Assembly: GCA_013239625.1 (NCBI GenBank)
Contig: MU053810.1
Span: 558,001 to 622,000 of the forward strand
DNA from: Lama guanicoe
Lineage: Eukaryota
Direction of reading: 5' to 3'
DNA: 64,000 bases
In this document: in pieces, positions 28,658 to 42,705 of the stretch
Layout of the letters: each line of letters begins with the position of its first letter
How positions within the stretch are numbered: the stretch's first letter is position 1
Made by a program: the position numbers and the translations under genes
The notes under the pieces: generated by a model
The model's input: the letters and a program-made list of their open reading frames with translations, nothing else
Told to the model about the DNA's origin: nothing
Databases searched by the model: none

Positions 28658-29713
28658 AAAACTGGTATTTTAGTTTTATTTTAAACTATTTTCTGACCTT
28701 GATCCTTTTGATCATTAAAAAAAATTTCCTAAATTAAGCTTAATTTTGTATTGTGAGTAAGAGGCATTTCCAAGATAACCAGGACTCTAGATGTTGTGTT
28801 TAATGTAAGCAAACTTCTTTTCAAAATCCAATAAATAACTGTTATGTAACTCAAGTACAATCTGTTCTTGGGTAAATTCTCTACGTGAGTTTTAAAGGAT
28901 TATACCTTAGAGAAATATCTTCAAATTTTACATATTTTAAGATACTTAGTAGAGGGAGAATTATGTTGGCCTTTAAAAATTCCATTCCAAAGTACCCATT
29001 TAAAACTCCACAGACTCGATGTAGGTATGTTTATGTGGTATTTCACTGACCATAAGGTAGTATTATTTGTAATGCCATTATTTTGTGTAGCACTAAGAAA
29101 GAAAAAAATACTGCCAATTAACTATGACACAATAACTTATTACAAAGAACTTTTATTTTCTACTTATGAAAAAAGCTTAGAGTTAGACATAGATGTCTAC
29201 CATCTAGCTTGCTCTTTCTGTGCCTTTATACACGATAACTTTTCATTTCAATAACAAATTACAGCAGATTGTTGGAAGACATTTTAAACAGCAATTACAA
29301 CTCACCGACACGTTATTTCAAGTGTATGTATGTATGCGTCATATACCGACAATGTAACAGCTGTGACCCTACTGACACACACCGTAGGCAATCGTGACTG
29401 TCACAACTGCCGCCTGACCCCAACTGTAGGACACTAGCAGCTCTAACAAAACATCCTCATTTCAGAGAGACATCAAAATGTGAGGAACGTGCATCTTAGA
29501 ATCAGTGGAATACAGTTGATCTGTAATCCTTTTATTTACACATCTACAAGGCTATTACAATAAATTTAAATTTTTTACAATAGTCAAAACACTATGAGTA
29601 AAATAATTCAGAAGTAAGAAAAGGAACATATCAATTGCCTAAAGAATTGTTACAAAAGAAAAGAGGATCACACTGTCTCCGGCATGTGTATGTTAAAACG
29701 CAGGCTTCCTCAC

Positions 29714-29823
29714 CTGAATGATGATGAGCAGACAGATCCCGGCGCCCATTTCGGCAGGGTCCCCGTACATGCCCGTCATGACGTACACAATGGCTTGCCC
29801 AATGGTAATGATCATACCAAACA
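29714..29823 (-). CDS. SEC61A2: SEC61A2 exon 6
   Basis: (L)[36 protein letters not shown]; 110 nt. Confidence 0.97.
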
Positions 29824-29935
29824 CTGACAAAAATGGGGGAGGAAGGAGTACACGCTTACAATCAAAGACAAAAGGGACTAGAAGAATCTTAACCACGGAA
29901 TTCTCAAATTTGGAAAAGGCTATTTAATTGTGTTA

Positions 29936-30151
<216 letters not shown>

Positions 30152-30890
30152 TCATGTCTACTGAAATACATGCTTAAATGTTAACAAGCAAATTTTCATC
30201 TGTTGAATATTAATTGCTAAAAAAAACCCTCTTATTTGTTAACACAACCTCACAATAAAGCAACAAATCAAAATTACTATAAAAACTATAAAAACTATAA
30301 AAACTTAAATTCCTGTAAAATCTAAACTTAAACTGTTAAAAAAAACCTTTGAAAGAAATCGGCCAAGATTTCCATCCATATCATTGTATTTTTGAAATTT
30401 ATACTAAATATTTTAACGCAAAATTTTAAAATTACATATAAGCCCCAAAATTAAATAAAGTTAATAAAAAATTCTATTTAAGAATATTTGTGATTCCCCT
30501 AATATAAAATCTAAACTTATAAAGTCATCAAAATCAATATTGTAGAATATTTAGAGGTGTGAAAAATGTTAATGACACTGTAAATAGGAAAAAACATTCA
30601 AAAACAATAATGTACAGTTTGATTTCATTTAATATTTAAGTGGAAAATCATTTCCTGTTATTTTAGTCTGGTTATCAAGATGTTTTTATTGTTATTTTTA
30701 CCCAGTGAGATTATGGACAAAAAACTTTTTTTTGCCTTTCTATTTTCTAAGTTTTTCTTTACAAAAAACATGCATTATGCTTTTAATTAAAAAAATAAGA
30801 AAACCAAATACACCAAGTGTATAAGACACTATGCAGAATGAAGTAATTCCACACAGCCAAGACCATGTGGTCATTCTGTCAGAGCACAAC

Positions 30891-31027
30891 CTTTTTTTGG
30901 GGGTAGGGGGAGGCAGGGAGAGGGTGGTAATTATGTTTGTTTATTTTTAGAGGAGGTACTGGGGATTGAACCCAGGACCTCGTGCATGCTAAGCATGCAC
31001 TCTACCACTTGAGCTATACCCTCCCCA
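30891..31027 (-). mobile_element. tRNA-derived SINE (Vic-1-like)
   Basis: Reverse-complement SINE body; acaacctt flanks both ends. Confidence 0.88.
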
Positions 31028-33505
31028 CTCAGATTACAACCTTGAATCCTGGCTTTTATAAATGCTGAAAAGGTGCCCTTAATGTGAGAAAAGATTCTAT
31101 CTTAAAAGGATTCTTCATGTCTTCTTAGATACTTCCTCAGTGGTAAAAGATAAAAACATGTTCTATTCTTAAAGCTAGTGGGCAGGTAGGTAGATTTCTT
31201 TTTACATCAAATCACCAAAATTTGTAACTATCAAATGGATCTAGTCTAAAAATTAATCCAATTAAGCTTTAATAAACATTTCACTTAGGAAACACGGCAC
31301 TTCAACTCAGTAGGGAAAAGAAGGATAAATGGGCCTTGGCAAATGACTGGCCATTTATAGAAGATTAAGCCTAGATTCCTTACCCCATGACTTACACCAA
31401 AATAAAGGCTGGATATTTAAAAACATTTAACCATAAAAGACAAAAAACAAAGGTACCAGAAGTACTAGAAGTGAGTATGGTTCTAATCTCGAAAAAGATA
31501 AAGCCTTTCTAAACATGATGAAATATCTAAAAGCCACAAGGAAAAAGATGGACGATCTGACCAGATACAACTACAAACCTCCGTGTGGCAAAGGACAGGT
31601 AAAAGAAAAATACTCAAACACAAGCGACAAAGAGCTCAGATCTCTAACAGGCAAAGAGTTCCTACAGATGAATTTTAAAATGAACAAACAACAAAGGTGA
31701 AATAAGTCAGAGAAACACAAATCCTGTATGATATAACTTGTATGTGGAACCTAAAAATACAACACACTAGTGAATATAACAAGAAAGAAGCAGACTTACA
31801 GATGTATAGAACAACAGAGGTTACCAGTAGGGAGCGGGGAGAGGGGCGACACAGAGGTGGGGGTGTGGGAGGTACAAACTACTGGGTCCAAGACAGGCTC
31901 AAGGATGGATGGTACACCACGGAAAACAGAGGGGAAAAAAACACACAGAAATATAGAAAAATTTAAAAAGAGATAGATGATGTGGTCACTCCCAATAATG
32001 CTCTTTCTCAGGAAAATACTGAAGATATAGGAGAGGACCCCAGCCCCCAAATCTGTACTATGTAACTCTGAAACTTAGCCAAAACATAAGAGGACGTTCA
32101 AGCTCACAGCACATGAGACAGCAGACGCCAATGTGTGTCTGTCTGACTGACACAAAGACTCAAGGACAAATGTCATCCGCTGGTAGAAGAGAAACAGTCA
32201 TTCTCACACACCAGAGCAGAGTGTGTAAGATAATACAAGGCTTCTGGGAGATAATTAAGCTCATGATCTGGCTCTTGGACTCATCTGCAGCATCACATCC
32301 TACCACATTTCCCCCTTCCCTCATTTTCTTCCAGCCACACTGTCTTCTCCTTTGTTCTTGGAACACATTAAGCAAACTCACACCTCAGGGCCTTTGCACT
32401 TGCTATCCCTAGAATGTTCCCCAGATCTTCACATGGCCTTCTCTCTCTGTCCTGCAGGTCTCTGCTCAAGTGCCCCTTACCTCTTTCAAGACACACTTCA
32501 TGTAGACTCAGGTAGAATAATGATAACCTCATGACAACAAGGACATTGCCTTGACGACTGCTAATCTCAGTACTGAGCACAAAGCTGAGCTCATAGTAAG
32601 AACTGAACAAATACCTGCTAAAGGAATGATTAAATAAATCACAGCATATCCATATAATGGATATGTATACGGCCATCAATGAAATATCTCATCAAAGATA
32701 TTAAATAACACACCAAGTAGCAGAATAGTTACATAGTAGACCTTCTTTTTCAGTTTAAAAGAAGTATATAAACTCACAGATGTGAATACACCAGAGAAAA
32801 GGTCTGGATGGATATTCACCTGTCATTTTCCCTGGAGTTATCCCTGAGAAGTGAGACTTTCATTTTCAGCTTTATATCAATTTGAAATGTCACTGCATTT
32901 TTTTTATAACAAACAAATATTACTTTCTCAATATAAAAAAAAAATCACTCAAAAAGCCCCTCCTGATCCAGCCCCTTCCTGTCTCTTAGCCTCACAGGGC
33001 AGCATCCCCTGCCCAAACCCCCAGCCTGTGTCCTGCGGCCTCACGCTTTCACTTGGGCATCTCTCTCGCATCGGTCCGCAGGCTGAACTCCAACTCAAAT
33101 GCTCTCCCAGCATCACCTCCTCCCTGACACTGCACATCAGGGTCTTTCAGTCCCATGACAAACCCAAGATTACGTGTCAGAGGGTCCACGAGATCTCCTG
33201 AGATTTTATGGAAAACCTGCACGTAGGAGTGTATACTACCTGCATTTTTCTAGGGAGAGAACACATCACAAAGCTCTAGATAGTACTCATCACTCCATTC
33301 TGTTGTGCCTTTACACTCTGTGTGTATTTCCATTATTACAATAAATACACAGTTTTGTAATTACTTCCATGTTGGTCTCGTCTCCGAGACAATGAGTTTC
33401 TTTTACCATATCCTCCCCATAGACATCAAAAAACAGTTGTTTCCACATTTCCACATCTATTTGATGTCAGTACTAGCACGGGGGAGAAAGAATAGCAGCA
33501 CAGAC

Positions 33506-33584
33506 CTCTGTTGGATGCAAGGATGACTCTCATCCAGTAGAAAGGATCTGCAGAATCTGATGACATGATTCCAAATAGTGGTAT
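33506..33584 (-). CDS. SEC61A2: SEC61A2 exon 4
   Basis: [26 protein letters not shown]; 79 nt; donor gtctgt. Confidence 0.96.
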
Positions 33585-33639
33585 CTGTAAGATTACATAA
33601 AGTATTTTATAAAACTGTGTTATATACATGAAGTTTGTT

Positions 33640-34790
33640 GGGGGAGGGTATAGTTCAGTGGTAGAGTGCATTCTTAGCATGCACAAGGTACTGGGTTCCT
33701 TTAAAATAAACAAACAAACCTACCTACCTAATCCACCCCCCAAAATTAAGTTTGAAACTAACTTATAATGAATCTATATACAAAACGGAAACAGACTAAC
33801 AGACACAGAAAACAAACTTATGGTTATCAAAGGTGAAAGGAAAGGGGCGATAAATTAAGAGAATGGGATTAACAGATACAAACCACTATACATATAATAG
33901 ATAAGCAACAAGAATTTACTGTACAGCACAAGAAACTATATTCAATATCATAATAACCTATAATGGAAAATAATTTGAAATATATATATAACTGAATCAC
34001 TTTGCTGTACACCTGAAACCAACACAGTATTATAAATGAACTATATTTCAATTAAAAAAAACAAAAACACCTCACCCATTACAATGGCTAGTATTAAAAC
34101 GCTCAGGAATACCAAGAGTAAGCAAGGATGCAGAGCAACTGGAACTCCTATACCTGCTGGCACGACCACTTGGGACAGAGTTAATTTCTCACAAAGTTGA
34201 ACATATATATTTACCATAAACCCCAGCAATTCTACTCCTAGGCATTTACTCAACAGAAATGAAAACAAATATCCACAGAAAGTCTTGTACAAGAATGTTC
34301 ACAGCAACTTATTTTGTTATAGCCAAAATCTGGAAACAACCCATACGTCCACCAAGTGACAAGATGAACAAACTGTGATACGATCACACAGGATACTCCT
34401 GAGAATGAGAAGGAAATGAATTCCTGCCACAGGGACAACATGGATGAATCTCAAAAAGCTGATGCAGAAGTCAGACACTAAGGAGTAATGCTGTAAGTCT
34501 GCATTTACATGACAGTCTAGAAAAGACACATCAAATCACAGAAACAGAAAGCGTATCAGTGGCTGCCTGGGACTGAGGTGCGGACTAAGAAAGATGACAA
34601 GAAACATTCTGGAGTAACAGAAATGCTCTGTATCTACTGAGGTAGTAGGTACGTAGGTGTCTGGACATTTGTCAAAACTCTTCAAAGTGTGCACTTAAAA
34701 AAGTGAAAAAAAGGAAGAAAAAACACATAAAAAAGAAAAAAAGTAATGAATGAGTGCATTTTGCTGTACAAAAATTACACCTTGAAAAGG
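33640..34790 (+). mobile_element. SINE (about 33640-33747) followed by stacked LINE-1 3' fragments
   Basis: SINE with aagtttg flanks; younger L1 3' UTR at about 33760-34060, then an older L1 3' region. Confidence 0.78.
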
Positions 34791-35571
34791 TTGATTTTTT
34801 TTTTTTAATAAAGGGGGGAATGTCCAAGATGCCAAAACAAGATGGTAGGAATGTGGATGATTCTTCTTTTTTTCTACTTTCCTACTTCTTTAAAAGTTCA
34901 TTCTCCCTGACCACCCAGAAGAATTTTCACCTAAGTAGAATACTAAAATATTTTAATGATCAAATCATTTCACTTTTCAAAAAAATACATTTGGCTTTTC
35001 CTCAGCTCATAGACTTTATTTGTTCTATTGCTTCCTAATATAATTTTTTAAAACTTTCTTACGTGTATATTGGTACTTTTCAAAATCTGCTAAAACTTTA
35101 CCTAAATTATCTAACTGATTCCTCCCAACAACCCTGTGAGATGGGCAAGGTCACGTTTTATCCTCATTTTATGAATTTAATCTCTGCAAAATTTTATTTT
35201 AAAAAATCACTGAACTTTATTAATGTATAAACACAGTATATCCCTGGGGTTCTAGAATTTGATTTTGGGGAATTTCTAAATAATATCTGTTATTTACAAC
35301 ATGATTAAAAGCAAACAAAATGAAAAAATATTTGTACTATACGTGTCAAAGGTTTAACACTTTTATATATAAAAACCTGTCATAGATCAATTTTTAAAAA
35401 GCTCAAGAAGAAAATGGGTAAGGATCATTAACAGAAAATTAAGGAAAAAAAGGAAATAACATTCAAACCCACCAGTAAACCGAAAGAAATAGACAGCAGA
35501 AAAAGACAACCATTTTCACTATCAACTCAGATCAAGAAGAATGATGCTTAAAATAATTCAGTATATTTTTA

Positions 35572-35790
35572 ACATTTTTTATTGATTTATAATCATTTTA
35601 CAATGTTGTGTCAAATTCCAGTGTAGAGCACAATTTTCCAGTTACACATGAACATATATACATTCATTGTCACACTTCTCTCTGTGAGCTACCATAAGAT
35701 CTTGTATATATTTCCCTGTGCTATACAGTATAATCTTGTTTATCTATTCTACATTTTGAAATCCCAGTCTATCCCCTCCCACCCCCCAGT
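35572..35790 (-). mobile_element. Young LINE-1 3' end
   Basis: Reverse complement of the element at 62400-62650. Confidence 0.8.
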
Positions 35791-35888
35791 ATATTTATTA
35801 TTTTAACTAAAATAAGTTTCTTGAATTATAACCAACCAAGAACTTAGAACAACAGTATAGACATTTATATAATATTATGGTTACGTAC

Positions 35889-35954
35889 CTGACAACATAC
35901 TAGGAAAATGAAGAGAGTTATAGCAGTCCACAGTACCTTCTCTCTAAACTGGAT
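35889..35954 (-). CDS. SEC61A2: SEC61A2 exon 3
   Basis: [22 protein letters not shown]; 66 nt. Confidence 0.96.
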
Positions 35955-37019
35955 CTGTGCAACAAAATACAAAGAATGATCACTCAAAACCAAGAAATAG
36001 CAAATACAAAGCAAAAATCCATATTAAAGCTTAACCAACATTCCTCATCATGACATGCTCCTATTACTTACTCTTAAAATACTCTCAACCTAGTTAGTAG
36101 CAGCTAAAGCAAACAGCTGAACTTCTCAAACATAACTTTCTTTACTTTTCCAAGAATTAGGTAATTTAAATACAGGCAGGCCTCAATGCATTTTACCATT
36201 TAACTGAAACTGAAAAGGATGAAAAGACAGATCCAAAATGCACACATTTCAGTTAACACCGTATCGTACAAAGCTAGGCCTGCCTGTAATACAGATATTT
36301 CACAGAATATGAAAAGCAAGAGTTTCTTCCGATGCCTTACATGTAATTGGAACAAGTATTTTTATAACCTCAAAGCAATAAAAAAAAAAAGAAATATAGC
36401 TCTAAAGGAAACAGTAATTTTAACAAAAGTTTTGCTTCTCTCTATGTCCCTATTCTGGTTAGTTTTGTGAGAAATTGCAAGTACAGTAGAAGAGGAATGT
36501 CTGGGAACTGGCCAGTTTGGGATTAACAATATTTCTGGAACTTAAATGCCTCAGCTCCAAAAGCTTACAGTGATGGAGAGACAATCTGATGCGGTCACAA
36601 TATATCCTGAATGCACTGCTGTGATTTTTCTTTGCACTGAATGAATCAAGACATGGGAGGTATATACTTGCACAGCCGCAATCCATTTATGTAAAACAAC
36701 CCAGCAGACCGGGTCATTCCGAGCGCAGTGGATCACAAGAGGAGAATTCTGTATTTTACCCAACACACAGGCCAAAGAAACCCTTGGTTTGGAAATGTTA
36801 CAACTTACAGAACAGTCATTTTGAAACCAGGAGACAGTCCACCTAGATTTAAAAGGTCTATACTAGTTTCATTCACGTTGTTCCTCTTGAAAGGAGGAGG
36901 AACAGGTAGTGTTTCTCCAAACACAACCAGAAAAAGGTTGAGGAAAATAAATTAATGTAGCTAGTTTCACAGAGTTAGTCATTCAGCTACCCTCTAGATT
37001 ACCAAAACAGTCTACTTAC

Positions 37020-37087
37020 TTTCCTTTCGGGTTTCTGAATTTCTGGTAGAACAGCACAGAAAGGTTTGATAACTTCTAGAAATTTGA
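37020..37087 (-). CDS. SEC61A2: SEC61A2 exon 2
   Basis: (I)[22 protein letters not shown]; 68 nt; gtaagt donor. Confidence 0.96.
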
Positions 37088-38809
37088 CTGTTAAAAAGAA
37101 AAAAGAATAAATGCCCCTATTACAAAGTTTTTAAAGTTTTCTGTATCTCTTTACAGAATCAAACATAAATGTTCTCTTTTAATGGCAATCCATCCCATCC
37201 CCACCCACAAAATGAATTAATCATGATGCTCTCCATTCCAAATATAGAAGGGAAGAGAAATAATTCAAGGGACAAATGAATCCAAAGGTTCAAGGGCTGG
37301 TCAGTAGAAGCAAGTAACAAGTAAGCACGCCTTTAACCACGACTTTGCTTCTTCACGCCTGAATCCCAGCCCCCTTGTATACACAGAAGAGGGATCCTTT
37401 AGTGAGCATCATGACAGCAGAAAGAGCAAACACAAGCTACTACGTTACCCAAAGAATGCAGGAAGACAGAACACATCAGAGGAGGAAAGAGGAAAGCACA
37501 ACAGGAAAGGGGCAAAAACTACAGAACTGACCATTTGGGACTGAAAGATACTGACATGCGTCAGTGAGAAAGAGCACGAAGTCTTCTATAAATGGGTTTT
37601 TAAAGTACTGTATACAATCCCTACTTCATTTCATTAAGTCACTGAATTCACTGCTTCGTCGCTCTTCCACATAAGGATCTTAAAGTACTTGTGTTATTTA
37701 CAATAATCAGCCCAAAGAATGACCATTACATTTCATGAGAAAAGAACTGTTTTCCCAGACAACTCATAATATCTCAAAGTAAGATAAACCAAGGTTCTTT
37801 AAGGATAGACACTCTTGTCTGGCATGGCTTAAGTCCAGTCCTGCCAAAGAACTGGAGGATGAAGATGATAATCTCTCAGTCTTTGCCAGCGTTTGTAATG
37901 TGCAGAAAAACAAGAAGACACAGCTAGCTATTAGTTATGATAGTCTTCCCTTATCAACATTGGATTCTGTATACTAACATCATGAAATTGTTTTAAAACA
38001 AACATGGGTAATTACACGGAGGCAGTTAGCCAAAAGCCGACTATGCTCTTTTTGTGAAACCTCTCAAAGTGACGGCAGCCACTGATGTGTGACAGGAGAA
38101 TTCGGGAAATCTCAGGGGCAGATGTCTGTTACCCAAGCACCATTTCAGACTATTTGGAAAGTAGATCTGAATTATAAAAGTGTTCATCTCTAATGCAAAA
38201 CAAATGTCAATCACATCAGGAAACTTCCTAGAATCCTTCACTTCTTTTCCTTCCCACCTCAAGCCACCCTCCCAGATTTCTTGGCTTGTGATCATGTGTG
38301 TTGGAGTACTCGTGTTCAAGCAATGCTCCAGTCTGCCACTTGTCCATTCTGTTGCAGAATTTAACTCTTCATACTGCAAACTCAAGGCCAAGGGTCTCTT
38401 CTGCTTCCTTTCTGTTAATTGGCCAATGGGTGCAGTTTGGGTTTGCGGTAAACCATTCGCCCAGCAATCACCTGAACAGCTCTGTAAGTGTATTTGTGAA
38501 GAGATGCGGTGTTGAGGCTTTGGGAGAGGGCCCTCCAAAGATCCCCATTATACAAGGCCTGGTCCCTAAGGCTTATACGTGATACACGTTGAGTTTTCAG
38601 TAAACACGACAATGGCTGAAATGAAAATTCTAAGGAAAACGCTATGCCATCGATTGCCTCCTTTCCTCCCTTAAAATACACGCCATGCATCACTTTTTAA
38701 AAAACGAAACAAGTCAAGGAGCTTCATTCATCACAACTAACATGCCAAGGAAGGCTGAGTTGGGAATAAAAATATGAGTTTCCTAAGCTCCTGAAAAATT
38801 AAAAGTGGT

Positions 38810-39610
38810 CCAGGTTTCGCCCGATTCCCTGGCTCCCCGCCCCCAAAGCCTGTGGCCTCCTGCAGTGCCCTCCGCTCCCCGTCACCCCTCGAGCGCAGAC
38901 CCCGAGCCTCCGGGTCCCAGCCCCGCAGCCGGCCCGGGCGAGGCCTTCGCGCGGCTGGAGGAACCTTGGCGGAGGCCCTCGGCAGAGGCCCCCGGCCCGC
39001 GCCCTCCGCAGCGGCCCCGTGCGGCCCGCACCTCCCCGGCCCGGCGTGGGGTGGGGGGGCGACCCCGAGCGGGCGCTCGCCCCACCGTCCGCGGCCCGTC
39101 TGCGTCCGCGCCCGCGGCGAGAGCCGCGCCGCCGCTACTCACTGCCCATGGCGGCGGCTGGGGCGGCCCGGCGGGGCCCAGCGGACTCGGCACGGCCTTC
39201 GCTCGGGTCCCGCGGCTCGGGCCTCGGCACCCGCTCGCGACGCGCTCCGGCCAGCCCGGCGCAGGCTCCGCCCAGGGCCACGTGACACACGCTCGGCCCC
39301 GCCCCTTGACGAGGCCCCGGCTGTTGGCCGCCGGCGCCGCTGACGTCCGCCGCGTTGCCATGGCCACCGTCGGTGCTCAGGTGGGCGTGCTCCTCAAAGG
39401 CTGGGAGCCTTTGAGGCCAGGCGGCCGGTGCCCTCCTCCTGTGAGCACGTCTCCGAGCTCAGTGACCAGCAAAGGCCTTCTCCTCCACCGCTGTGTCCGC
39501 TCAGGGCCGCCGGGCCGGTCAAGACCTGGCCAAAGCGGCCACCCCAAGTCTGTGGCGGGGTGTTCGGTCCCCACGACTGGGGCTGAGACGCCCCCAGAGC
39601 CGGCGTGACC
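38810..39610. promoter_or_regulatory. SEC61A2 CpG-island promoter
   Basis: Very high GC and CpG density around exon 1; GC boxes, GCCACGTGA (39277), TGACGTCC (39341), X-box-like GTTGCCATGGCCAC (39354). Confidence 0.9.
39143..39149 (-). CDS. SEC61A2: SEC61A2 exon 1 coding part (ATG GGC A)
   Basis: gccgccgccATGG Kozak context followed by a gtgagt donor, inside a CpG island; summed CDS is 1431 nt (476 aa). Confidence 0.93.
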
Positions 39611-40229
39611 CAAACAGCCTATTTATTTTGCTTCGATCTTACTGGAACCACTTGAAAATTTTCAAAAATTTGTGACGCTGGTTTATAGTTAATAGCTTAC
39701 GAACTTTTTTCACTGTCAACTTCCTACATGCCTTCTTTAGCTTCTCTGAAATACAGAGATCAGGATTTTGTCCCTCTGAGCTAGTCTCTTTTGCCCCCTC
39801 TTGTACAGCGTAGTATAAGGGAAAGTGTATGGTCCTAGGAATCTGCTGGCCCTACATTTTAATCCCTCCTACTACTTAATGGCTTTGGGCAATTAATCTT
39901 TACGAGCTGCATCAGTAAATTAAGGATAATAATAGCCACCTCCTACAGGTGTGAAAACTAAATGAACAAACTATTGGCACATAGAAGGCCTTCAAATTTA
40001 TTTTCCTTACTCAAATTGTAAGTCTCTGCAATCGAACTTCTGAAACAAGCTATTTCAAAGGTCACTTAATGACTTATAGTCACCAAATCCAATGATCTGT
40101 TCTAAGGCTTAGATCTGTGTCCAAGAAGGAAGCAAAATATTTGGGTGTGCACACACACACACACAGTCTCTCCTAATCACACTCTAGCCAGGCTCCTCTG
40201 AGCCTTTTCTCCACTAGGTTTTACCTTGG

Positions 40230-41165
40230 CCCATAAAGAGCTGAATAAACACTAAATAGTTCCTAACAGGTCCACCCCTAGGGTGACTCTAGCCCCATTC
40301 AGGCACCTGCCTGGGAAAGCTCAAGGTTGCCAAAAGAATTTACTGTTTGTTCCAGTCAATACTTGAAGATAGGCTCTCCGGTTCCCAGGCTCTGTGGAGG
40401 GATAGGAGCCTAACTTACACTGGCACCAGTTAACACACCCGAGTGTGTTCACATGGACCAAACTCTCCTGCTTTTTGTAATTTTTCACTTCACTGACTCC
40501 ACTGAGCCCACTCACCACTCTCTTCCCATTCTCTCACTCTCCTGGTAAAACGCCAGTCACCTCTGTACAAGTCAAAGTTGAGTTCAGTTCATGCTGGATT
40601 CTTTCCCCCACTGCAGTGCATAGTGTATGACTGATTAAAATCTCCCCTTACCAGTTTAATTAATGTTCAGGTTTGTTTAGCTTTAACAAAAACACCCTTA
40701 TATAAATACACATACATACATACATATACATACACACATGCACGCACACACAGACGGCAGTTTAGGTTGGGCTTTCATGGGTCTCTACTCCACTAGGGGT
40801 CAATTGGAAGAAACCCAAGGCTGGGGACTTGAATTATCAGAAGGTTCTCTCACTCTCAAGTCTGGCATTCGATGTTGACTGTCAGCTAAGACCTTAGCAG
40901 AAGCTGTCAGCTCAGACATATCCAAGTGGCTTCTCTGTGTGGCCTGGGCTTCTCCACAATATGGCAGCTCCACAGCGTGTGTCCTTGGAAGTGACCCAGC
41001 ATCACGTTCAGTGCATTGCATTTACAGAGGCAACCACAAAGGCCTGCTCAATTTCAAGAGGGAAGGGAAATAGACTCCACCTCCAGTTGGGTGTGGCAGG
41101 ATTCTGCAAGAGCTTGTGGGACACTAAAGACAGCTTTAGCCGTTTTGGAAAATGCCATCTGCCAT
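40230..41165. mobile_element. Probable LTR remnants (ERV-like about 40230-40690; MaLR-like about 40760-41165)
   Basis: Internal ATTAAA and a terminal ..aca; MLT-like wording recalled only; family uncertain. Confidence 0.4.
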
Positions 41166-41770
41166 AGTCGTCACGCATCTTACGACTTCATTCTTATCTC
41201 ATTCTACTGTTTTAGTCATTTTCCCACTTGTCTCATCTCCCCAACTACACCATAAACTTCTGGATAACAGGGACAACATTTCTTATTTTTGTTCCATTAT
41301 AGCTGGTTCTTCATATGAGTCAGATAAGACATAGGGAAACAGTATTATAGTAATGAACTTCTATTAAAATTTTCTAAAGTTAACTGATTTTGCAACTGGC
41401 AGTGGGGAAGTAACAGTCTACTTTCAATTGTGCTTTCTCAGATTTAAATACAATCGTGACAGTGAGCTACTACTTCCAGGGAGTAATGTAGGAGTTGTTA
41501 TTTGTGTAATAGTGTGTTACAAATATTAAGTATGTTGTCCCAATTTCCCCAAAATGTAATAGTTTTAGCCTGAATACCATGAAAAGCTGAAAAATGTAAA
41601 CCAAATATCCAAGTACATCTAAGAGAAATTAGGTAAAGCTTTTGGAACCTCAAGACCCCAAAGTCTTGATTCTTAATCTTGGACTTCCTTCCCTGTGTAA
41701 CTCTTAATTTCTTTAAACCAAGTTTCTTCAATTTTGTAAAAGCAATACTATTTATAACGTCAGTCAAGGA

Positions 41771-41905
41771 ATTTGTTTGTTTTGTTTGTTTGGCAGGGGG
41801 AAGTAGTTTGGTTTATTTATTATTTATAGGAAGTACTGGGGATTGAACCCAGGACCTAGTGCATGCTAAGCATGCACTCTACTGCTTGAGCTATAACCTC
41901 CTCCC
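41771..41905 (-). mobile_element. tRNA-derived SINE (Vic-1-like)
   Basis: Reverse-complement SINE body; aaggaattt flanks. Confidence 0.87.
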
Positions 41906-42571
41906 TAAGGAATTTTTTTAAATAGTAAAACTTCAAAGGTAATATGGTCAGACCAAAAAAGGCTATGGTTTAAAATATTTTTGCTTATAATATGGGAATA
42001 TAAAACATAGGAAAACTGAGCAAAATAGTTCTTATAAAAATTTTTATTTTACTGAGACTAATGTGTCATTTTAAACAAAATAAAAAGTTTTAAATGGCTG
42101 TTAATACTTCTATTCCCTGAATACCCAATTGAGCTCTATTCTTCATTGATTATGAAATTTAGCATAAACTGATATTAATGGGATATTAATATCACATTTT
42201 CTATTTTTAAAATATTTTACTTTATTTTTATTTTATCTATATTTTTATCCCACACTTTATTATGGGAGTGTTTGATTTGGAATTCTTCAAATGGTCCCTT
42301 CCTGCAAGGAACTCAAAATGCTAATCCACGTTGCAGTGGTGATTGAAAGTCAGAACATTAAGATACAGGAGATGAGATTAAGAAGGTTAAGATACATACA
42401 TTTCAAGGCTCAAGTTGGAGAGGTAACAAGAAACCATAAACAGTCTTCTGAGGTGTAAAGTTTGAAATCTGGAGTGATCTAAACCCCTCCCCAAGAAAAA
42501 ATCTAGTTTTCCATCTCATTTTGTGCTTAGGATTTTGAAATATTTTAACTTAAGAAACCAAGAGTTCTAGA

Positions 42572-42705
42572 AGGGAGGAAACAGTTTAAGTGGTAGAGCA
42601 CAGGTTTAGCAGGCACGAGGTCTGGGGTTCAATCCCCAGTACTTCCTCCAAACATAAATAAATAAACCTAATTACCACCCCCGCCTTTAAAAAAAAAAGA
42701 AAGAA
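42572..42705 (+). mobile_element. tRNA-derived SINE (Vic-1-like)
   Basis: SINE body; aagaaaccaagag duplicated on both sides. Confidence 0.85.

Noticed and set aside
38805..39613. Long overlapping ORFs up to 267 aa
   Set aside because: Pro/Ala/Arg/Gly-rich by-products of the stop-poor SEC61A2 CpG island, with no recognisable domain
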